64,000 nucleotides of DNA from Alphaproteobacteria bacterium (GTDB lineage: Bacteria > Pseudomonadota > Alphaproteobacteria > GCA-2746255): contig OZ252220.1 in NCBI GenBank assembly GCA_965249135.1, forward strand, positions 544,001-608,000, in the 5' to 3' direction. Below, piece after piece: positions 63,696-64,000 of this stretch. Positions within the stretch are counted from its first letter, which is position 1, and each line of letters starts with the position of its first letter. A program made the position numbers and the translations under genes. The notes below the pieces were generated by a model. That model ran no database searches, was not told the DNA's origin, and saw only the letters and a program-made list of their open reading frames with translations.

Positions 63696-64000
63696 ATGCC
63701 GGAAGTCATATTCAACGGCCCCGAGGGCCGGCTTGAAGGGCTTTATCATCACAACAAGGAAACGGCGGGCGCCCCGATCGCGCTGCTGCTGCATCCCTAC
63801 CCCCGGGAAGGGGGCACGATGAACAACCGCGTCATCTACCGGATCTATGAGACCTTCACCCAACGGGGGTTTTCGACGCTCCGGTTCAACTTTCGCGGCG
63901 TCGGCCGCTCCCAGGGCTCCTTCGACAACGGCGCCGGCGAACTAAGCGACGCGGCGTCTGCCCTCGACTGGGTGCAAAGTCAAAACCCGAGCGCCGCCCA
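63696..64000 (+). CDS. Alpha/beta hydrolase (partial), typically divergent from cysE/isc in alphaproteobacteria
   Basis: MPEVIFNGPEGRLEG...LHP.P..GGTMNN...LRFNFRGVGRSQGSFDNG.GELSDA. Confidence 0.88.
   Translation, partial: MPEVIFNGPEGRLEGLYHHNKETAGAPIALLLHPYPREGGTMNNRVIYRIYETFTQRGFSTLRFNFRGVGRSQGSFDNGAGELSDAASALDWVQSQNPSAA

Overview
High-GC alphaproteobacterial chromosome segment. It is most consistent with a Rhodospirillales-like organism, judged by gene order and a tRNA-His that keeps G-1:C73. About 70% is conserved housekeeping synteny: lolD-lolE-proS, tag, mce, rnj-coaX-birA, a complete nuoA-N operon, tRNA-Asp/Val, hup-lon-clpX-clpP-tig-tRNA-Leu, nnr, dadA, tRNA-His, sigma54/NtrC-type glnB-glnA, parE, a DEAD-box helicase, an ATM1-type exporter, fumC, and cysE-iscR-iscS-iscS-fdx-mnmA-tRNA-Met. 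The only clear mobile element is a full-length group II intron (29916-31839, minus strand). Its RT/maturase carries a 2-nt frameshift, and it interrupts a small ORF whose exons join 1 nt out of frame at the canonical splice sites. Unannotated signals worth follow-up: a candidate anti-Shine-Dalgarno sRNA behind a perfect CtrA box (about 3624-3772); a structured intergenic RNA candidate after parE; a COQ8/UbiB-type kinase flanked by two TetR-fold (possibly COQ9-like) genes; a Sel1 protein with a TonB/TolA-like anchor cut off by an A-tract frameshift; a low-GC single-gene islet at tRNA-Met; an orphan HicB; and an ISC operon lacking scaffold and chaperone genes. I found no CRISPR array, prophage or multi-gene defence system. 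All family assignments come from motif recognition by eye, not database searches.
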